From the human T2T-CHM13v2.0 reference genome, Homo sapiens: 64,000 bases of DNA. Of this stretch, positions 15,562-35,160 are shown piece by piece. Position 1 is the stretch's first letter, and each line of letters begins with the position of its first letter. Position numbers and translations under genes: made by a program. The stretch lies in NCBI RefSeq assembly GCF_009914755.1, contig NC_060927.1. The stretch is one strand, 5' to 3'. A model generated the notes under the pieces. The model searched no databases and was not told where the DNA came from. It saw only the letters and a program-made list of their open reading frames with translations.

Positions 15562-15770
15562 ATCAGTGGCTCTCAACTGGGGGCAATTTTGCCTCTCAGA
15601 ATGGCAATGTTTGAAGACATTTTTGGCCATAACAACTAGGGGGATGGTACTTGTAGCTAGAGGGCAGAGGTCAGGGATATTGCTAAACATCCTATAAAGT
15701 ACAGCATAGCATCCCAAAATAAAGATTTATCCAGTCCAAAATGTCAATGCTGAGATTAGGAAACCATGCC
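15562..15770. mobile_element. MER20 (hAT-Charlie)
   Basis: CAGTGGCTCTCAACTGGGGGCAATTTTGCC...CCAAAATGTCAATGCTGAGATTAGGAAACC. Confidence 0.75.
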
Positions 15771-16009
15771 ATGGTTGGATAAAAAAGATGAAAAAATCAG
15801 TATGTCTATAGTATAAAAGCAATTAGTAGCACTTTAAGATAGATTGAACAGGAACATTCTCTTCCTTTATCAGACAGTTGCAGACCTTCTAAAAATATCT
15901 GATAGATCTATAATGGGAAAATAAAACATGCTGAGAAGTAGCACAAATTTTTCTAAACTTCAAATATTAGCATACAAATGAAAAACAAACTTGGAAGACA
16001 GAAAGGACA

Positions 16010-16373
<364 letters not shown>

Positions 16374-16524
16374 TCATGTTTCTGATTTTAGTTAAGTCCA
16401 AAAATATTTATTAAAGTCTTATCACTAAAAATGGCCACAAATATTAAAAATAAAATATTAGTTTTTAGATTCACAGAAGAAAAAAATAGCCACTGACACT
16501 TGAGGAGATGCTCAATTCCGATGA

Positions 16525-16864
<340 letters not shown>

Positions 16865-17007
16865 AAAGTATTTATCCTTTATTTTGTGGTTATATGTTGG
16901 GAAAGAAGAACGTGGAAAAGAAGTGAACTAACAAATTTTCAGGTATTAATATTACAATTCAGTACATTCTGACAAAAAGAATTATTTCCTATGAAATTAC
17001 ACCCATT

Positions 17008-17150
17008 GGCTGGGTGCAGTGGTTCACGGCTGCAATCCCAGCACTTTGGGAGGCCAAGGTGGGAGGATCACTTGAGGCCAGGAATTAAAGACTACCCTGG
17101 GCAACACAGCAAGACCCTGTCTCTACAAAAAAAGAAAAAGAAAAAAAAAT
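17008..17150 (+). mobile_element. FLAM monomer with TSD AAATTACACCCA
   Basis: Monomer plus A-rich tail. Confidence 0.85.
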
Positions 17151-17334
17151 TACACCCACTGAGAAACAGAATGTGTAACAGTAAAACAACAGAGCAGCTT
17201 CCATGTGATTTTGATAGGAAAGCTTTAATTGGTGACTAAGCTTTGTAAAAAGGATGTAAACAGGGGAAAGAATGAAAAGAATAAGATTTATCTACATAAT
17301 GAAGTTTGACTTTTTACAGTAAATAAAATACCTA

Positions 17335-17340
17335 TTTATT
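17335..17340 (-). terminator. Putative proximal AATAAA polyadenylation signal
   Basis: TTTATT on + strand in unique AT-rich UTR sequence, upstream (in transcript) of all UTR Alus. Confidence 0.35.
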
Positions 17341-18915
17341 AATATTTCCAAATATTAATTAGATTTAATAATACTATATATTTGTTACAATGCCTTCATC
17401 AGAAAATTTAATAATTAAGAAGATACTTGAAGTTCATTCAAATGGCACTTGCAGAAATGCAACTTAATTTCTAGTTCTATCATATCTGTCTCCAAAATGG
17501 ACATATATGACAGCAAAAACAAAATTCTCTATAAATCTCTCCATTAGTTACATTACTATGTAACTAAAATAGCTAGTTCTATAATAAAAGGATTTTATGT
17601 GCCAAATCCTGACCAAGAGAGAAATAAAGTCATTATTGCTGCAAATCCAAATGGAACCTAACCCAAATGTAGGGAGGGGCAAATAAAGTGAAAACATGTT
17701 GGAAGGTGGGGTCAACTGCCTTAGGACAATTCTACATCCAGCTTGACACTACTCACGACTTACTCCTCCTCACTGTTTCTTCCAAGAAAGTCTAAGCATG
17801 TGAAACTGTCCTTGTTGCTCCCTGTGGATCTCTGGCTGAGTGGCTAAAGGGCAATCCTGAGCATAGACACACTCTCCTCCCTTCTATCAGCTGTCCCCCA
17901 CACATACTCACAGGGATGAGTAGACTGAACAAACATCAAAAAGACGCAGGAACAAATAAAATACCCCAATAAAGGCAATTCTTAAGTGGTCAATAAATTA
18001 GGGCACTTCTTCAAATTAAGCTCTGTCAATTAGGCACTTAATAAAAACAAAAGACATTTATACAAGCATCTAAATAACAAAGAAAGATAAAGAACAAGAG
18101 AAAGACAAGATTTATGTTAACTACCAGCATGTTATACTTCAGCCAGAAGTTTTTGAAAGAAACGTTATTTGAGAAGGAAAATAAGTAGTATTTTTCTGTT
18201 TCTTAAAAATCAATATTCTTTCTAGTTCATTAACTAAAATTAGTTTTTCAGTGTTTTCAACATAGAAAGAATGCTCAGATTTTGGTTGAACAAGGAAAAA
18301 TTAAGGCAGTGTCTTTAAGACCAGTAAAGGAAAGCATTAACTATCTCATAAGCTTATCTGAGAGGGACATATTAAGCTCATATTTGGATATAATATTAGG
18401 AAATTATGGCTTTAAACATAAAATATTAATGTTTCAAAATTCCACATTTTCTCAGTTATTCTTTCTTTTTAGCTATATGTACTTCAAATAGCCCACTTAA
18501 AGAATTAAAGAAATACGTTTCACATAATTTTGGAACAATATGTGCATGGTACTTGACCCAGAACTATTAGCTTGGATGGTAAATCATTATGTTCCTATGT
18601 ACCACTGACCCAGTATAAAAAGGAAGAGGACCCATAACTGTCAAAATGTGGTTGGAAATGACTAATGTCCTTTGGAATTTGCTACAAAATAGAAGATATA
18701 AAGTTTTGAGGTATTGCTGCCTTACCATGGTTTAGGGGAAAAAAATAAGAGTTTTTTGTTCCGTTTTGTTTTTTTAAAAGCAATGCTTCTTAAGTTATGA
18801 AGCTTATTTAAAATTTTCTCCTCTTAGTCATTGTCATATGGGTTATCCCTGAGCTTCATCTCATCTGCACGTCACATAAACCAGCTACCTATGGTTTTGA
18901 TCATTTCATTTAGTG

Positions 18916-19064
18916 TTATGTCTTGTTATACCAATTCATGGAGCGTTTCACTGCTTTGGCCCAGTTTTCCAGACTCATTTCATATTCTTGACATTTCTTC
19001 TGTGGCTTGAAAACCACTTCACTTTGTCTCAGTTTCTTTAGTTCCTCCTTGTCAGTCCAAAACC
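18916..19064 (-). CDS. GK5: GK5 last coding exon (~16): GFWTDKEELKKLRQSEVVFKPQKKCQEYEMSLENWAKAVKRSMNWYNKT*
   Basis: ctatag|GG acceptor, TAA stop at 18918-18916; W-x-KAV-x-RS-x-x-W C-terminal motif of glycerol kinases. Confidence 0.96.
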
Positions 19065-19395
19065 CTATAGATAAAAAAATTATCCTCAAATTTTAAGGCA
19101 AATCATGAGTCCAATAAAGTTTATCCAAAAACCTATACGAGTTGCTGGTAGAAAGGTAAACAAAAACTATTTTTAAAACAATCCAAAATACTTTGTTACT
19201 TTTGAATTTTGTTAGATCGATCATTCCTGAAAATAATTATACCAGTATTTTCAAGTCTTTTGGTTTCTAACTTTCAGCTCAGTTTCTGTGTGGTGGGACA
19301 CCACATCACTTCTAAAGCAGCTACCCTATGCCATCATTTAATTTCATAACTTGCTATTATTAAAACAATCCCAAGTGAAAAACAGTATATTTTCT

Positions 19396-21340
<1,945 letters not shown>

Positions 21341-22509
21341 CCTGCATGTGTTTGTTACTTAAAGCATTTTAAATGTTCAAGAGAATCTGACTTATTTAGT
21401 CTTATAAGGTGAAAAGTGTAGAAGAATTTGATTAACATAAGTATAAAAATGCTTATGAGACCTTGATATACTATAATTATAGCTTAATTTATTCAATTTG
21501 TTTGTTGTTTAAGTATTCGTGATTTACCTTGTTACAGTTCTAAGTTTGCTCAATCAGGCACGTGAAAGTAATAAGAGGAAAATCAAACATACTAAATTTA
21601 CAGGAGTTGGAATATGAAGGAGTTCAAATTTGCAAATGGGATTGATTAAGGGAAAGTTTATTTTCTTCAACTTCAATCAAACGTTAATCAATGAACAAAT
21701 GAAAGTAACTTTCAATTTTATTCAAAATTACCAGATTTTTAGTAGAATCAAGTTTAAGCCGAATTTACCAAGATTTTAGGCTTTTTGTAACTTTAATGTA
21801 CTATTAGCCTAAAACTTTTAAATGTAAAATATCTTATTTTGTACCAAGCATCCCCCAGAAAGAAACACATTAAAATACTCTGAGTATCCTAAGGCATCAT
21901 CCTGCTTTCTAGGGGGCCCTTTAAATTGACATGCCTACTTTCATTCTTATTCCTCCTCACTGATCTTTTCACTAATTGTCAAAGCGATCTGTTCAAATGC
22001 AGATCTTTCTATGGTCCCCACCCCCCCACCCCCGGTTAAAATTCTTTAGTGGCTCTCCAGTGCCTTCAGGATCAGGTCCGAACTCCTCTTTATGAGGAGT
22101 CACCACAACTACACCTCTATGTACCTCTCCCACTCCCTTCTTGCTCTCACCATAACAGTACTTCCCATCATTGATGAATGCCTTTGCACAAGTTGCAATA
22201 GGGATATTGAGCCAACCATCTCTTACCCTCTCCTCACCTGACTCTCTGCTAGCCCCTTCAAAATTGAACCATATGTGATCTCCTCTGGGAAGCCTAGACC
22301 ACTTGCTTATTAACACTGTCACTGTTCACTGGCTTTATCAGACAAACTTAATAATCACTTGACTTACCTGTCTCCTCCCACCAGGAATCAGAGACTATGG
22401 CTTTTAATCCCTTTATTGCCAGCAGTGATTGTCATGTAGCAGGTGCTCCACAAACGTTGTTCAATAAATAAAAGAATGGAGTGGTTTCTAATGCCATAGG
22501 CAAACCTAC

Positions 22510-23316
<807 letters not shown>

Positions 23317-23618
23317 CTATCTATCCAGAAAGTTTACCCAGAGACTGTCTGTTGCTAGAGACTGACGCAGCTGAGAATTAACTGTTCTTGTCTCATACTT
23401 CTGACTGAAGGGGTGAGGTGAGGATAGAAGAGGTGCAACCAGACTCACCAACAGAGGAGGTCACAGGATATTTTGTGAGTAATATGCATATGTGTATGGA
23501 GTTTAATGGACGCCAAGGCTTTCCAGACTCTCTAGAATTTTGTAATTTGAGAGGAGAAATGCTATCTGTAAGGAAGAGTTTGCAAGAAAACTCTCATTCT
23601 TATAAATTTCACACATAC

Positions 23619-23752
23619 CAACAGCAAGGCCAGCTAGAGAAGCTGCACCCAGGCATGACATGTCAATGTCGGCAGGTCTGTCTATATTCTCATTAATCAG
23701 GTCTGAAGTCATCTGCATGACAAAACCATTCTTACAAACTCCTCCATCTGCC
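23619..23752 (-). CDS. GK5: GK5 exon (~15): RADGGVCKNGFVMQMTSDLINENIDRPADIDMSCLGAASLAGLAV
   Basis: ccccacag|G acceptor, TTG|gtatg donor, 134 nt; DGG ATP-binding and LGAA-x-LAG motifs; inside ORF 23503..23964. Confidence 0.97.
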
Positions 23753-24240
23753 CTGTGGGGAACAAAATATGTAAGATGAATTACTACAACAAAAGTATCA
23801 TTCTTTTTCAGTGGGCCACATTTTTTTCCTGAAATCCTTGATTTTATTTTATAAATTTTACTTTTTAATTCTAAAATTAAATCACTTAGCATTAACCTAA
23901 TGACAGAGAACCTTACTGGGTAATCTTTAAACATTTTCCTTATTTCTGCCACCAATTTTCTCACCTGTCCTTGTTTGTCTTAGGACTAGTTCAAAACAAG
24001 CCAGGTATAATAAACTAAGGCAACATAAAAATTCACTTAGATATTACAGAAAAGAAAGTCGAGAAGTTTGATGCTTACATGCCCAAAGGATATACACCCA
24101 AAAAAGAGATTTTAAAAATTGATATACTACACATATGGGTGCCAAGATGCACCCAAATTTGATATTGTATTATATTCTCCATAAATCCACAATTAGCTCT
24201 CCTTTCCTCTCTGAATTCCTATGACCAAGAATTTTGTTGT

Positions 24241-24551
<311 letters not shown>

Positions 24552-24712
24552 AATTTTGTTGTGAAGGAGCTAAGCAGAAATTATTTTTGAAATCCTCAAT
24601 AATCATAAAGATGAATTATTCAGGATCTAAAAAAGAAATGAGTGGTAGCTCATAGCAGCTACCACTTACTTCTAATTTCTAATTAAGTCTATTAGAAATA
24701 AACTTTACATAC

Positions 24713-24772
24713 CGGATTTTTCTTACAGGAATATGAATCTCTTTCTTCATCATCTCATATAACTGTTTGTTT
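24713..24772 (-). CDS. GK5: GK5 exon (~14): RNKQLYEMMKKEIHIPVRKI
   Basis: actag|A acceptor, CCG|gtatg donor, 60 nt, phase 2-2. Confidence 0.94.
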
Positions 24773-25646
24773 CTAGTTAAAAAACAAGATAACTATTTAT
24801 AAGAAATTCATATCATAATAATTCACTACTTTATTCTGATCTTGAAAAATACAAACTATAGTTTTATTTATTTGATATTTATAAAATGTACAAAACAAAA
24901 TATTAAAGAAATAAATTGTGCTAAATGGAAACTGTATAACAGATACTCAAATAAGCAAGAAGCGCAGGTCCTTGTGTTTTTTTTGCCTTCATGTAAGAAG
25001 GCATAATTTATATTTTACAACTAAATTTTATCTATTACCATTCTACAAAGAAAAATTTAAAACAAGCATCTATTTAATAGATAGCTATTAAGATGACAAA
25101 CCATAAGTAAAATCTAATAGAATTCATCAAATATAAAAACAATTACTTTGTAATCACAGAAAATTTTATTTTAAATGTTACAAACATCCCATATTCATGA
25201 CAGCATCATTCTTAATTTTAATAATTAACACCTGTCTCATAACAAAAAGATTACAGGGAAATATGCAGAAGAATAATTCTGATGACTCAATTTTGGGGTA
25301 CAACAGAAGCATTATTACTTGGAATTATCTTTCATGAATAAGGATACTAAACCTTTGAAAATCCAAATTTTGAATCTTGCATGCTTAAGAAATTGAATTT
25401 TTTAAAAAAATCCTTCAATTTTCAGATATCAAGTCTGAGTGGTGTTGGTACATTAAATATAAGAAAAAATAAGAAAGATACCATGGAAATTAGCAAGAAG
25501 AACATATTACATAATATATAGTATCAAATAAGCCAAAAATACAAAGAATTTAATTAAAATTAAGAAATTTTCCATTTAGTAGCAAATTAATGAAAGACAT
25601 GGCAATATTCTATGGGGAAGGGGAAGTTTAGGGCAGGTTTTCATAC

Positions 25647-25750
25647 CTGAAAGCTATTGACTCCAATATTGCTCGTACAAGATGGTATTTACTGGTAGAA
25701 GGCTTCAAACCCATAAAAGAGGCACATGCCCAGGGGTCATTTAATGGAGC
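25647..25750 (-). CDS. GK5: GK5 exon (~13): APLNDPWACASFMGLKPSTSKYHLVRAILESIAF
   Basis: ctgtag|GCT acceptor, CAG|gtatg donor, 104 nt; RA-x-LES-x-A FGGY C-domain signature. Confidence 0.96.
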
Positions 25751-26174
25751 CTACAGTAAGAGATAACAAGAATATATTATTATTATTCTAAATTACATCT
25801 ACGGACTTGAGGAAATACTATACAACAACAACATAGCCACGTTAGAAGAAAATAATGCTATGGTTAAATAATTTTAAAATAAAAGATTATGGTAAATATT
25901 GGGATAACTTTTTAACAGCATTTAAGCGATATTGAGTCATAGTTACTGTACTTAGCTTCTGTTTGCATTTATGTCAGAAAGAGGAACTGAAGCATATAGT
26001 AACAAATTATTAAATGCTTAGCTTTATAAATGTGGAAAATGAAGAGCAATCACAGCAATCCCCCTTCTCCAGCTATAAAGTTTTTACACTAAAATTGTTT
26101 AATATGTAGAATAGCTTTCTACTTTTTACTATGTAGAATAGCTTTCTACAAAAATGTACTTTTTAGTGTCATAA

Positions 26175-27079
<905 letters not shown>

Positions 27080-29899
27080 TCACAAGAGCGCTAACACATC
27101 AAAATGGTCATTTCAAGGACATCCAGCGCTGTCAGGAAATTATGATCCTCAGAAAAAGCACCTTCTAGCTTCAGGGTTTTGACACATCATCCCTTTACCT
27201 GAAACACCTTCTACCACCCTTTCTCCTAATTAATTCTTACTCCCTTCCAAATCTTGGTTTGGCTTCCTCAGGGAAAACTCTGGACCCCAGAGACTAGATG
27301 AGGTCTCTGTTTTTATGGAACCCTGTAACTTCCCATCATACCATGCACCACAGTTTATAATCACATATTCTGCTTGATGGTTTGTTGAAACCCCACCTTC
27401 CTCAATACACTATAAGTACCACAGGGTGGAACCTTGTCCGATGTACTCCCAGTGTGTCTCTTGTGCCTAGCACTATATCTGGCTCCCCATGGGAGAACAA
27501 TACACATTTGGTGAATAAATGAACAAACAATATTTTTCTTAATGACTTAAGAAATTCTATATTACATCTTATCTTTGCTATAGCTATGATTTCCCTCCTA
27601 CTGAGATTTTATTTTAATTTTTCAAATCTATTAACACCTTCTGGTGATTTTAATTAGTAAAAACGTATATAGTAAATCTGGTTTATATCAGATGGTATAG
27701 TATCATAAAACTAAGATTAGTCAGATTTGGCCAGTTCAATTAGTCCCTAGCAATATGCTATGTTTTTTTCCTGCATAAATATGACTTCTTCCAGGATATC
27801 ACAGAAAATACTGCTTTAACTGGCCTGAAATCTGTTTGGTGCCCTGGGCAAAACTAGTAGTCTCCTGCCCCAGAACACAGACTGCACCATTCAGACATCC
27901 TAGTCACTCACAAAACTAGAGATGGCAATCACAGGACTTGCTGGCTTCATCCCCTTCTAAGGAAACTGCTTGAATCCACAGGCCCTGTTAACTAAAGCTG
28001 CCATGTTTCATGCTCTAGTCCTAATGCCATCACCACAACTGCAGAGGGTGAGTACAGCTGACTCAGTGTCTGACTGAAACGCAAAAGGACAAGGTGGTCC
28101 AATCAGATTCTCTGCCCTGAAAACCAAAACCAGGAAACCCGAAGAAAAAGACCTCATCAATGGGGGAACTGAAGCTAAAAGGATGCATAAGGTAGAGGAA
28201 GGTTGTATGTGATATTTCTAAGTTGTGAAGAAGCAAAAAGTGTAAGAAAAATGATGACAATTAAGCAGAAGCTATGGAGGAAGAAAGGACACAGAGCAAA
28301 GCTGGTAATGAAAAGAGAAAAGCAGAACAGAGAGAAGCAGGAACCCAAAGACGCTAAGAACTGCTGTCAGTTGCTGACTGCTTTCCAATACCAGTCCTCA
28401 AGAGTATGTGGACAAACAGCTTCTCTGTCTATCCTATTACTGCCATCATCACAGTAACTCTAACGTCCAGGTAAATGACCACTGTTTCTTGCCTCTAATA
28501 CCTATTTCAGTATCCCACTCCCCAAACCACGAGCCCTGCTAGAGGAAAGCCATAATGGTTGCACTAACTGATGCCACCCCCAGTGTATGGCTCCCACCCT
28601 TTCTGCCATTCCCTGAAGTGGCTGTCCTAGACTTTCCCATTTTCCTCAAAGCTCACCCAGTACCCCTTTCTCAGTAGATTCCTTTGAGAAAATGAGACTA
28701 TTAGGGGCCTTCAACATCCAGATCCCAATTATCTAAAGCTGTAAAAATATTCTAAAACTAAAGGCAGTTTCACAGATACATAAACCTTCCTTCCTTTCAT
28801 GCCCCATCCCTCATTTTCTCTAGTTGTTCACATAGGCAGATTATAGGTGATCTTCCCTCCTATTTTCCAAACAGTTTAGTACTAACACATTATTGCTGTT
28901 TGGTTTAACTTTCAATTTCCAGTTAAAGTTTCATTTTACACAGGGAAATACATGACCTACGGTCAACCTACCACCTCTCCCAACTGCCCTCTACTGCCAG
29001 TATATGGGCAGGTTGCAATCATGGCAGGACAGGGACATTTTGCTATCAAGAGGAAATTAAAAATCAAACCTGAGATAGTTTTGTCTAAATCTTTTGGGTT
29101 TAAAACTTAAAAAAATATACTTTATATTATTATTATTATATAATATATATAATTATTATATTATATTACAGGTATGTGAGGTGATAGAGAAGTCAAAGAC
29201 AGACTTGCTAAGACAAGGTGACTACTAAGTCCTGTAGCACATTTTTCAGAGAGAAGAAAAGAACCAGTAGTTGCCTAACCAAACCTTACCTTGCTGAGGA
29301 CAATTATTCATCTAACCTTTTTCCTGAAATCTCAATTAGATAAAAAATTTTCACTTTCTGGACTATGATAGGTGCTATTTAGAGGTTCCCTCACATCATC
29401 CTGAAGAGGATGCAATGGAATCAATTCACAAGCTCTCGGTCCTTTAGGATAAAGTACACAAAAATATTACAGGTATTGAAATAATGCTCATTTTAAAATC
29501 TAGTTTTGGAAGTATGATATTTTTAAAGATTTAAAACACCCTGACCTAATTTTTTTTTCTACCAGCTTCTATATTATAAACCCAAACTCAAATTTTGGAC
29601 TTTTGTAACTAATTGCCTGAATATGAGATAAGCAAGAAGAAAGAGAAAGTTGTATTTTTTGAAAGGAAAAAATATTTGGAGGAGGATTAAAAATAGTATG
29701 AGCTTTCCCAAAAAAAAGTTTAGTAAACTTTAACTGAAGTATATGATAGACATATAACTTTCATAATAATATACTTGAAAAGTTGTTTTAAAAGTATTTG
29801 TAATAATATTCTAAAATTAAAGGTAGTATCAGAGATCTTTCAATTAAATACAAAGTTAAATGTTACAAAATCAAGACTTCTCCTAGGTTCATTTTTTGA

Positions 29900-30254
<355 letters not shown>

Positions 30255-30775
30255 AAGATTTTGATTTTTAAAAAAAGTTTAAAACTTACAAATGTACAAG
30301 TGCAAAATATACACATACATATACATGTGTGTGCATATGTGTGTGATGTATGTACCTTGACATTATTTATCTTAATTCTCAATGGCTTATTTCCTCTAAG
30401 TAAAGAATGCAAATTTACTGATACATTCCCCCCACTGTGAAATGGCTATTTTTGGTCATGATAAAGTAATGCTAAGTCTTATGTAAAAGTTCTATGATAA
30501 ACCTGCCAACTCTTAGGTTCCACACAGTTCTAAGCAGAAGTCAGCTGAATTCTACCAGCACAAGCCAAGCCAGCAGGGCCACATTCAGGATGCTCTGCTT
30601 CCTCATGGAATTCATGCTTGGTCAGAGCATAACTTCTCAGCCCTAAAATCTACCTTTCATCTTAGTTCTGTTCAGTGCTCAAATTTTAAGGTAACAGAAT
30701 GGTAGATATATAAGTTTGGATGTGGCAGGAGGAGAAAAATATTTGTGATTGCCATTAACTTTAAAAAATACATAC

Positions 30776-30870
30776 CTGTAATCCACTAAAAGATGGAACA
30801 AAACAAACTCCTTCAGAATCCTCCAAACTTTTGGCCATTTTTTCAGTCTCAGCAGCATCTGTGAAAAGGT
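30776..30870 (-). CDS. GK5: GK5 exon (~12): DLFTDAAETEKMAKSLEDSEGVCFVPSFSGLQ
   Basis: ttttgcag|AC acceptor, CAG|gtatg donor, 95 nt; GV-x-FVP-x-FSGL motif. Confidence 0.96.
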
Positions 30871-31142
30871 CTGCAAAAACAAACAAACAACAAAAAACCC
30901 TAAAACAAAATGAAGAGGTTAGAGAGGCACAAACAGAATTATGTTACATGATAGTATTTACCTGCATCAACATTTATTATGAATATAATGTAAAAGATTG
31001 CTCACTTAAAAGGGTCAGCACAAAGACCATTCTGTTCTGGTACTATCTGAATTCTCACACTGCATAGGTTTCCAGGCCCATAGAAGGGAGACAGGAGGTA
31101 GAAGGCCCTCTTAGATAGGCTCTGTATGCAGCAGGACTTACG

Positions 31143-31450
<308 letters not shown>

Positions 31451-31702
31451 TGCTTTTTCCTTTAAAGATATTTGGGCTGTTTAAAAAATCAATTCTATGT
31501 AGGATTTTTGGCATTAAAAAATTATCCTCTGAAAGATAAGAGCCATCCTAGGTTTCTGATGAAAGTATCATCTACCTGTAATATAATACCCAAGAAAATT
31601 AACTGAAATACTCCATCTAATAAGTTAAATAAGGGGCCAGTAACAGATATATTAAAAGTCAATTTTTAAAAAACAAGCAAACAAAAAAACCAAGACAATT
31701 AA

Positions 31703-32360
31703 TTTAGTAAACTTTAACTGAAGTATATGATATACAGACCAGAAAAATGCACAAATCCTAAGTGTATATAGCTAGATGAGTTTTCACAGTGTGAATACAT
31801 CCAAGTAACTGACACCCAGGTCAAGATACAAATTTCTTTTGTTAAACATCGTACTCGTGAGATTCATTCACACTGTTACATGTAGTTGTACTCCATTCAT
31901 TCTCACCTCTATATAGTATTCTATTATGTGACTATAGACAATTTATCAATTTATTCTATTAGTGATATACATCTGGGTAGTTCCTAGTGTTTGGCTAATA
32001 GAAACAGATCCCAATGAACATTCATGTACATTATTTTTGGTGGACATATGTATACATTTCTGTTTATTAACACAAAGGAATGGAATGGCCAGTTCTAAGG
32101 TCTTCACATTTAGAACCAGCTTTAACAGATAACTGCCAAATAGTTTTTCAAAGTGGCTCTACCAATTTAAGGCTCCTGCCAGCGGCAGGCACGAGAGTTC
32201 GTCACCTATCTTCCTGCCAATAATTGATATTGTCTATGTTTTTCAATTTAGCTATTTTGGTAGTATTACATGGTGGTTTGATTTTGGATTTCCCTGCTGA
32301 CTAATAAAGTTAAATACCTTTTCACTGGCCATTTGGATATCCTTGTTTGTAAAGTGACTT
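31703..32360 (-). mobile_element. Old L1M 3' region
   Basis: AAAATGCACAAATCCTAAGTGTA...TTTTCAAAGTGGCTCTACCAATTT typical of antisense L1M. Confidence 0.65.
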
Positions 32361-33589
32361 CTGAATGAGTATGTAGGACTGAACAGCAAAGATCAGAAGA
32401 AAAGACTCAGTCGTAATAAATATTGCTGGCTTTAGAGAGCCTTAATTAAGTTGACTTTATATCATTTTATGATTTGTTATATAACTAAATTAATATACTT
32501 AAATTCACTAAAGACATTTAAGGAGCACTTACATTAAAACTCAAGTTAATGAGGATCACTCAATAATAACTACAAATTTTACTCAAAATGACAGTTATCA
32601 AATCCGTAAGTTTCATCCATTTGTTCAAAATGTCCAGATAATACATCAAAATATCTCTACCACTTCAAAAACTAATGTTAAAAACACTGGTTTTAAGCCA
32701 AGTATGGTGGCGTGCCTGTAATCCCAGCTACTCAGAAGGCAAAGGCAGGAGGATCACTTGAACCCAGGAGTTTGAATCCAGCCTGGGCAACATAGCGAGA
32801 CTCCTATCTCTTTAAAAAAATTGGTTTTAAAATCTATACTTTTTAATGAATCTTGTCCAAATGTTCAATTTTTACAAGATAAGATGTAGGAAAACATACT
32901 AGACAGTTGGTTTGAGGAAAATTGTTGGTAACAGATAAAGAAACAGAAAACAAAGAGAGATTATCTTATTCACATTCCTCACTGTTTGTTTCATTCCTTG
33001 CTTGAAGAATTTCTCTAAATAATCTTCCACTTAATCTGTTGTCAAATAAGCTAATTGATAAAAAGTCTTTCAGAGTAAGCACACTCCATTCTCTCTCCCC
33101 CACTGAATGTAACTAAGAATCTTGGAGGAATAAATGGAAAAGCCGTCTGGGGACTCCCTGTTTTTATATTTTCTCTGATATTCCTGGCCTAGACTCAGAG
33201 GTAGCCTGAAACCCAAGGACTCAGATCTGTACACTGAGTGCAGACATGAAAGAGCTTCAATAGAAGCTCCTTTCTGGTCTGAGCAGTAGGAGACAAGGGT
33301 CTCTACAGGACAGAGTGGAGAGATTCTCATTTTTTGTTTTCTTTAGATTTTTTTCATTCTCCCAGGCAATCCTATGGTAGCGGCAATGGCAGCCCAGTAG
33401 CACAGGCACATAAAACTGCAAGCTAAGAGTATGGGGGGAAATCCCTGTTGCTTGCTTCTTCCCGTGCGCCCACTCCCCTTGGTCTTGCCTGCCCCTGGCA
33501 ATCCTGTGGCTGCAGTGACAGCAGACAGAGCAGCAGAGGCAACCAAAACTCAAAGATGAGACGTTAAGAAAATCCCTTTTGCTTTCCCT

Positions 33590-33970
<381 letters not shown>

Positions 33971-34754
33971 TCATCCCTCTTGCCACTAAGCTAGGGAGGT
34001 AGAAGTAGTAGCAGCTGTTCAGTAGAGAAACTAAAGCACCAGCTTTCTAGCCAGAACACCAATATGGGGATCCCAAGAGTCAAAAGGTACCAGGGAGATT
34101 ACTGAGAGAAAGGAGCTCAGGAAAAATTACCTTATAAAGGTTTTTATGAACTCCTAGTCTCACTCTTGAGCAGCACATGTGAAGATATGACCCTAAACAA
34201 CAAGCTTAAGGCTTTGAGAACTAATCTCCAGGCAAACCACCCCCCAGACTGACCACTGGGTGGCACAAATGAGGGGCGGATCCAAATAGCACTGCAAAAG
34301 CACTGAAAACTGAACTGACACTGGAACCACAGCCCAAAATGTGCATTTCTTTAATTATCGTACGTGAACAGCATTTCATTATAGTCATTTGATCGTAAAA
34401 TACCTGTACTTCGGTCCTTTGCCCATTTTTGTCATGTTATTAATTTTTCTGACATATGCTACAAATTGTTTTTACCAATTTGTCTTTTATTTTGCTTATG
34501 GCATATCTCTCCTTACCCACTAATATTTTACATAGTTAAACTTATTATTCTTTTTCTTTATGGTTCCTGTCTTTAAGACCTAGCCTTTTACCATTTCGAT
34601 ATCATAAAAATACTTTATATTTTCTTTTAATAGATGTCATTTTATTTTAGTGTTTCATTTGAACAATCCATTTGCTTCCTACTAATCTGCAATCCTGTGG
34701 CATTCTTGAATTCTTTAGGTCTGGCTTGTGAAATCCATTTAAAAGACAACTTAC

Positions 34755-34859
34755 CTAACTGCTGAGCCCATTTTATGGCAGTACCAGTGTCTCCTGCATT
34801 GCTTTCAGCTAAGCATACGACTTCTTGCCCAATCTTCCACCCAATTAATGGATAAAAGC
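34755..34859 (-). CDS. GK5: GK5 exon (~11): GFYPLIGWKIGQEVVCLAESNAGDTGTAIKWAQQL
   Basis: tgcaag|GC acceptor, TAG|gtaag donor, 105 nt; inside ORF 34642..34875. Confidence 0.96.
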
Positions 34860-34959
34860 CTTGCAAAACAAACAACGAATGTTAAGTCAAATATATGCAT
34901 AATTCATTATAGAGACTTCTACAATGTAATGATTTGGTTATCTCAAAAAACTGCAAAGT

Positions 34960-35160
34960 GCCTCTGAAGTCAGACTGTGGACGTTCAAACTCTAGCCCAC
35001 TTACATTTACTAGCTGTAGTCTTGCAAGTTTCTAACCTTTTAGCCTCAGTTTCCTTAACTACAAAACGGCCTACCTCAGAGAGCTACGAAATGAACAAAC
35101 TGAATTAACACATAAAAAGAACTTAGCACAGTGCCTGGCACATAATATGAACAATAAATA
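34960..35160. mobile_element. MIR SINE
   Basis: AGCCTCAGTTTCCTTAACTACAAAA...ACTTAGCACAGTGCCTGGCACATA. Confidence 0.7.

Noticed and set aside
23503-23964. 153-aa ORF as a standalone gene
   Set aside because: Only 23619-23752 is GK5 exon; the rest is open intronic frame beyond clear splice sites.
30962-31059. Possible cryptic exon upstream of exon 12 (donor CAG|GTAAAT at 30962)
   Set aside because: The donor is good, but candidate acceptors lack an adjacent pyrimidine tract; not supportable without RNA data.
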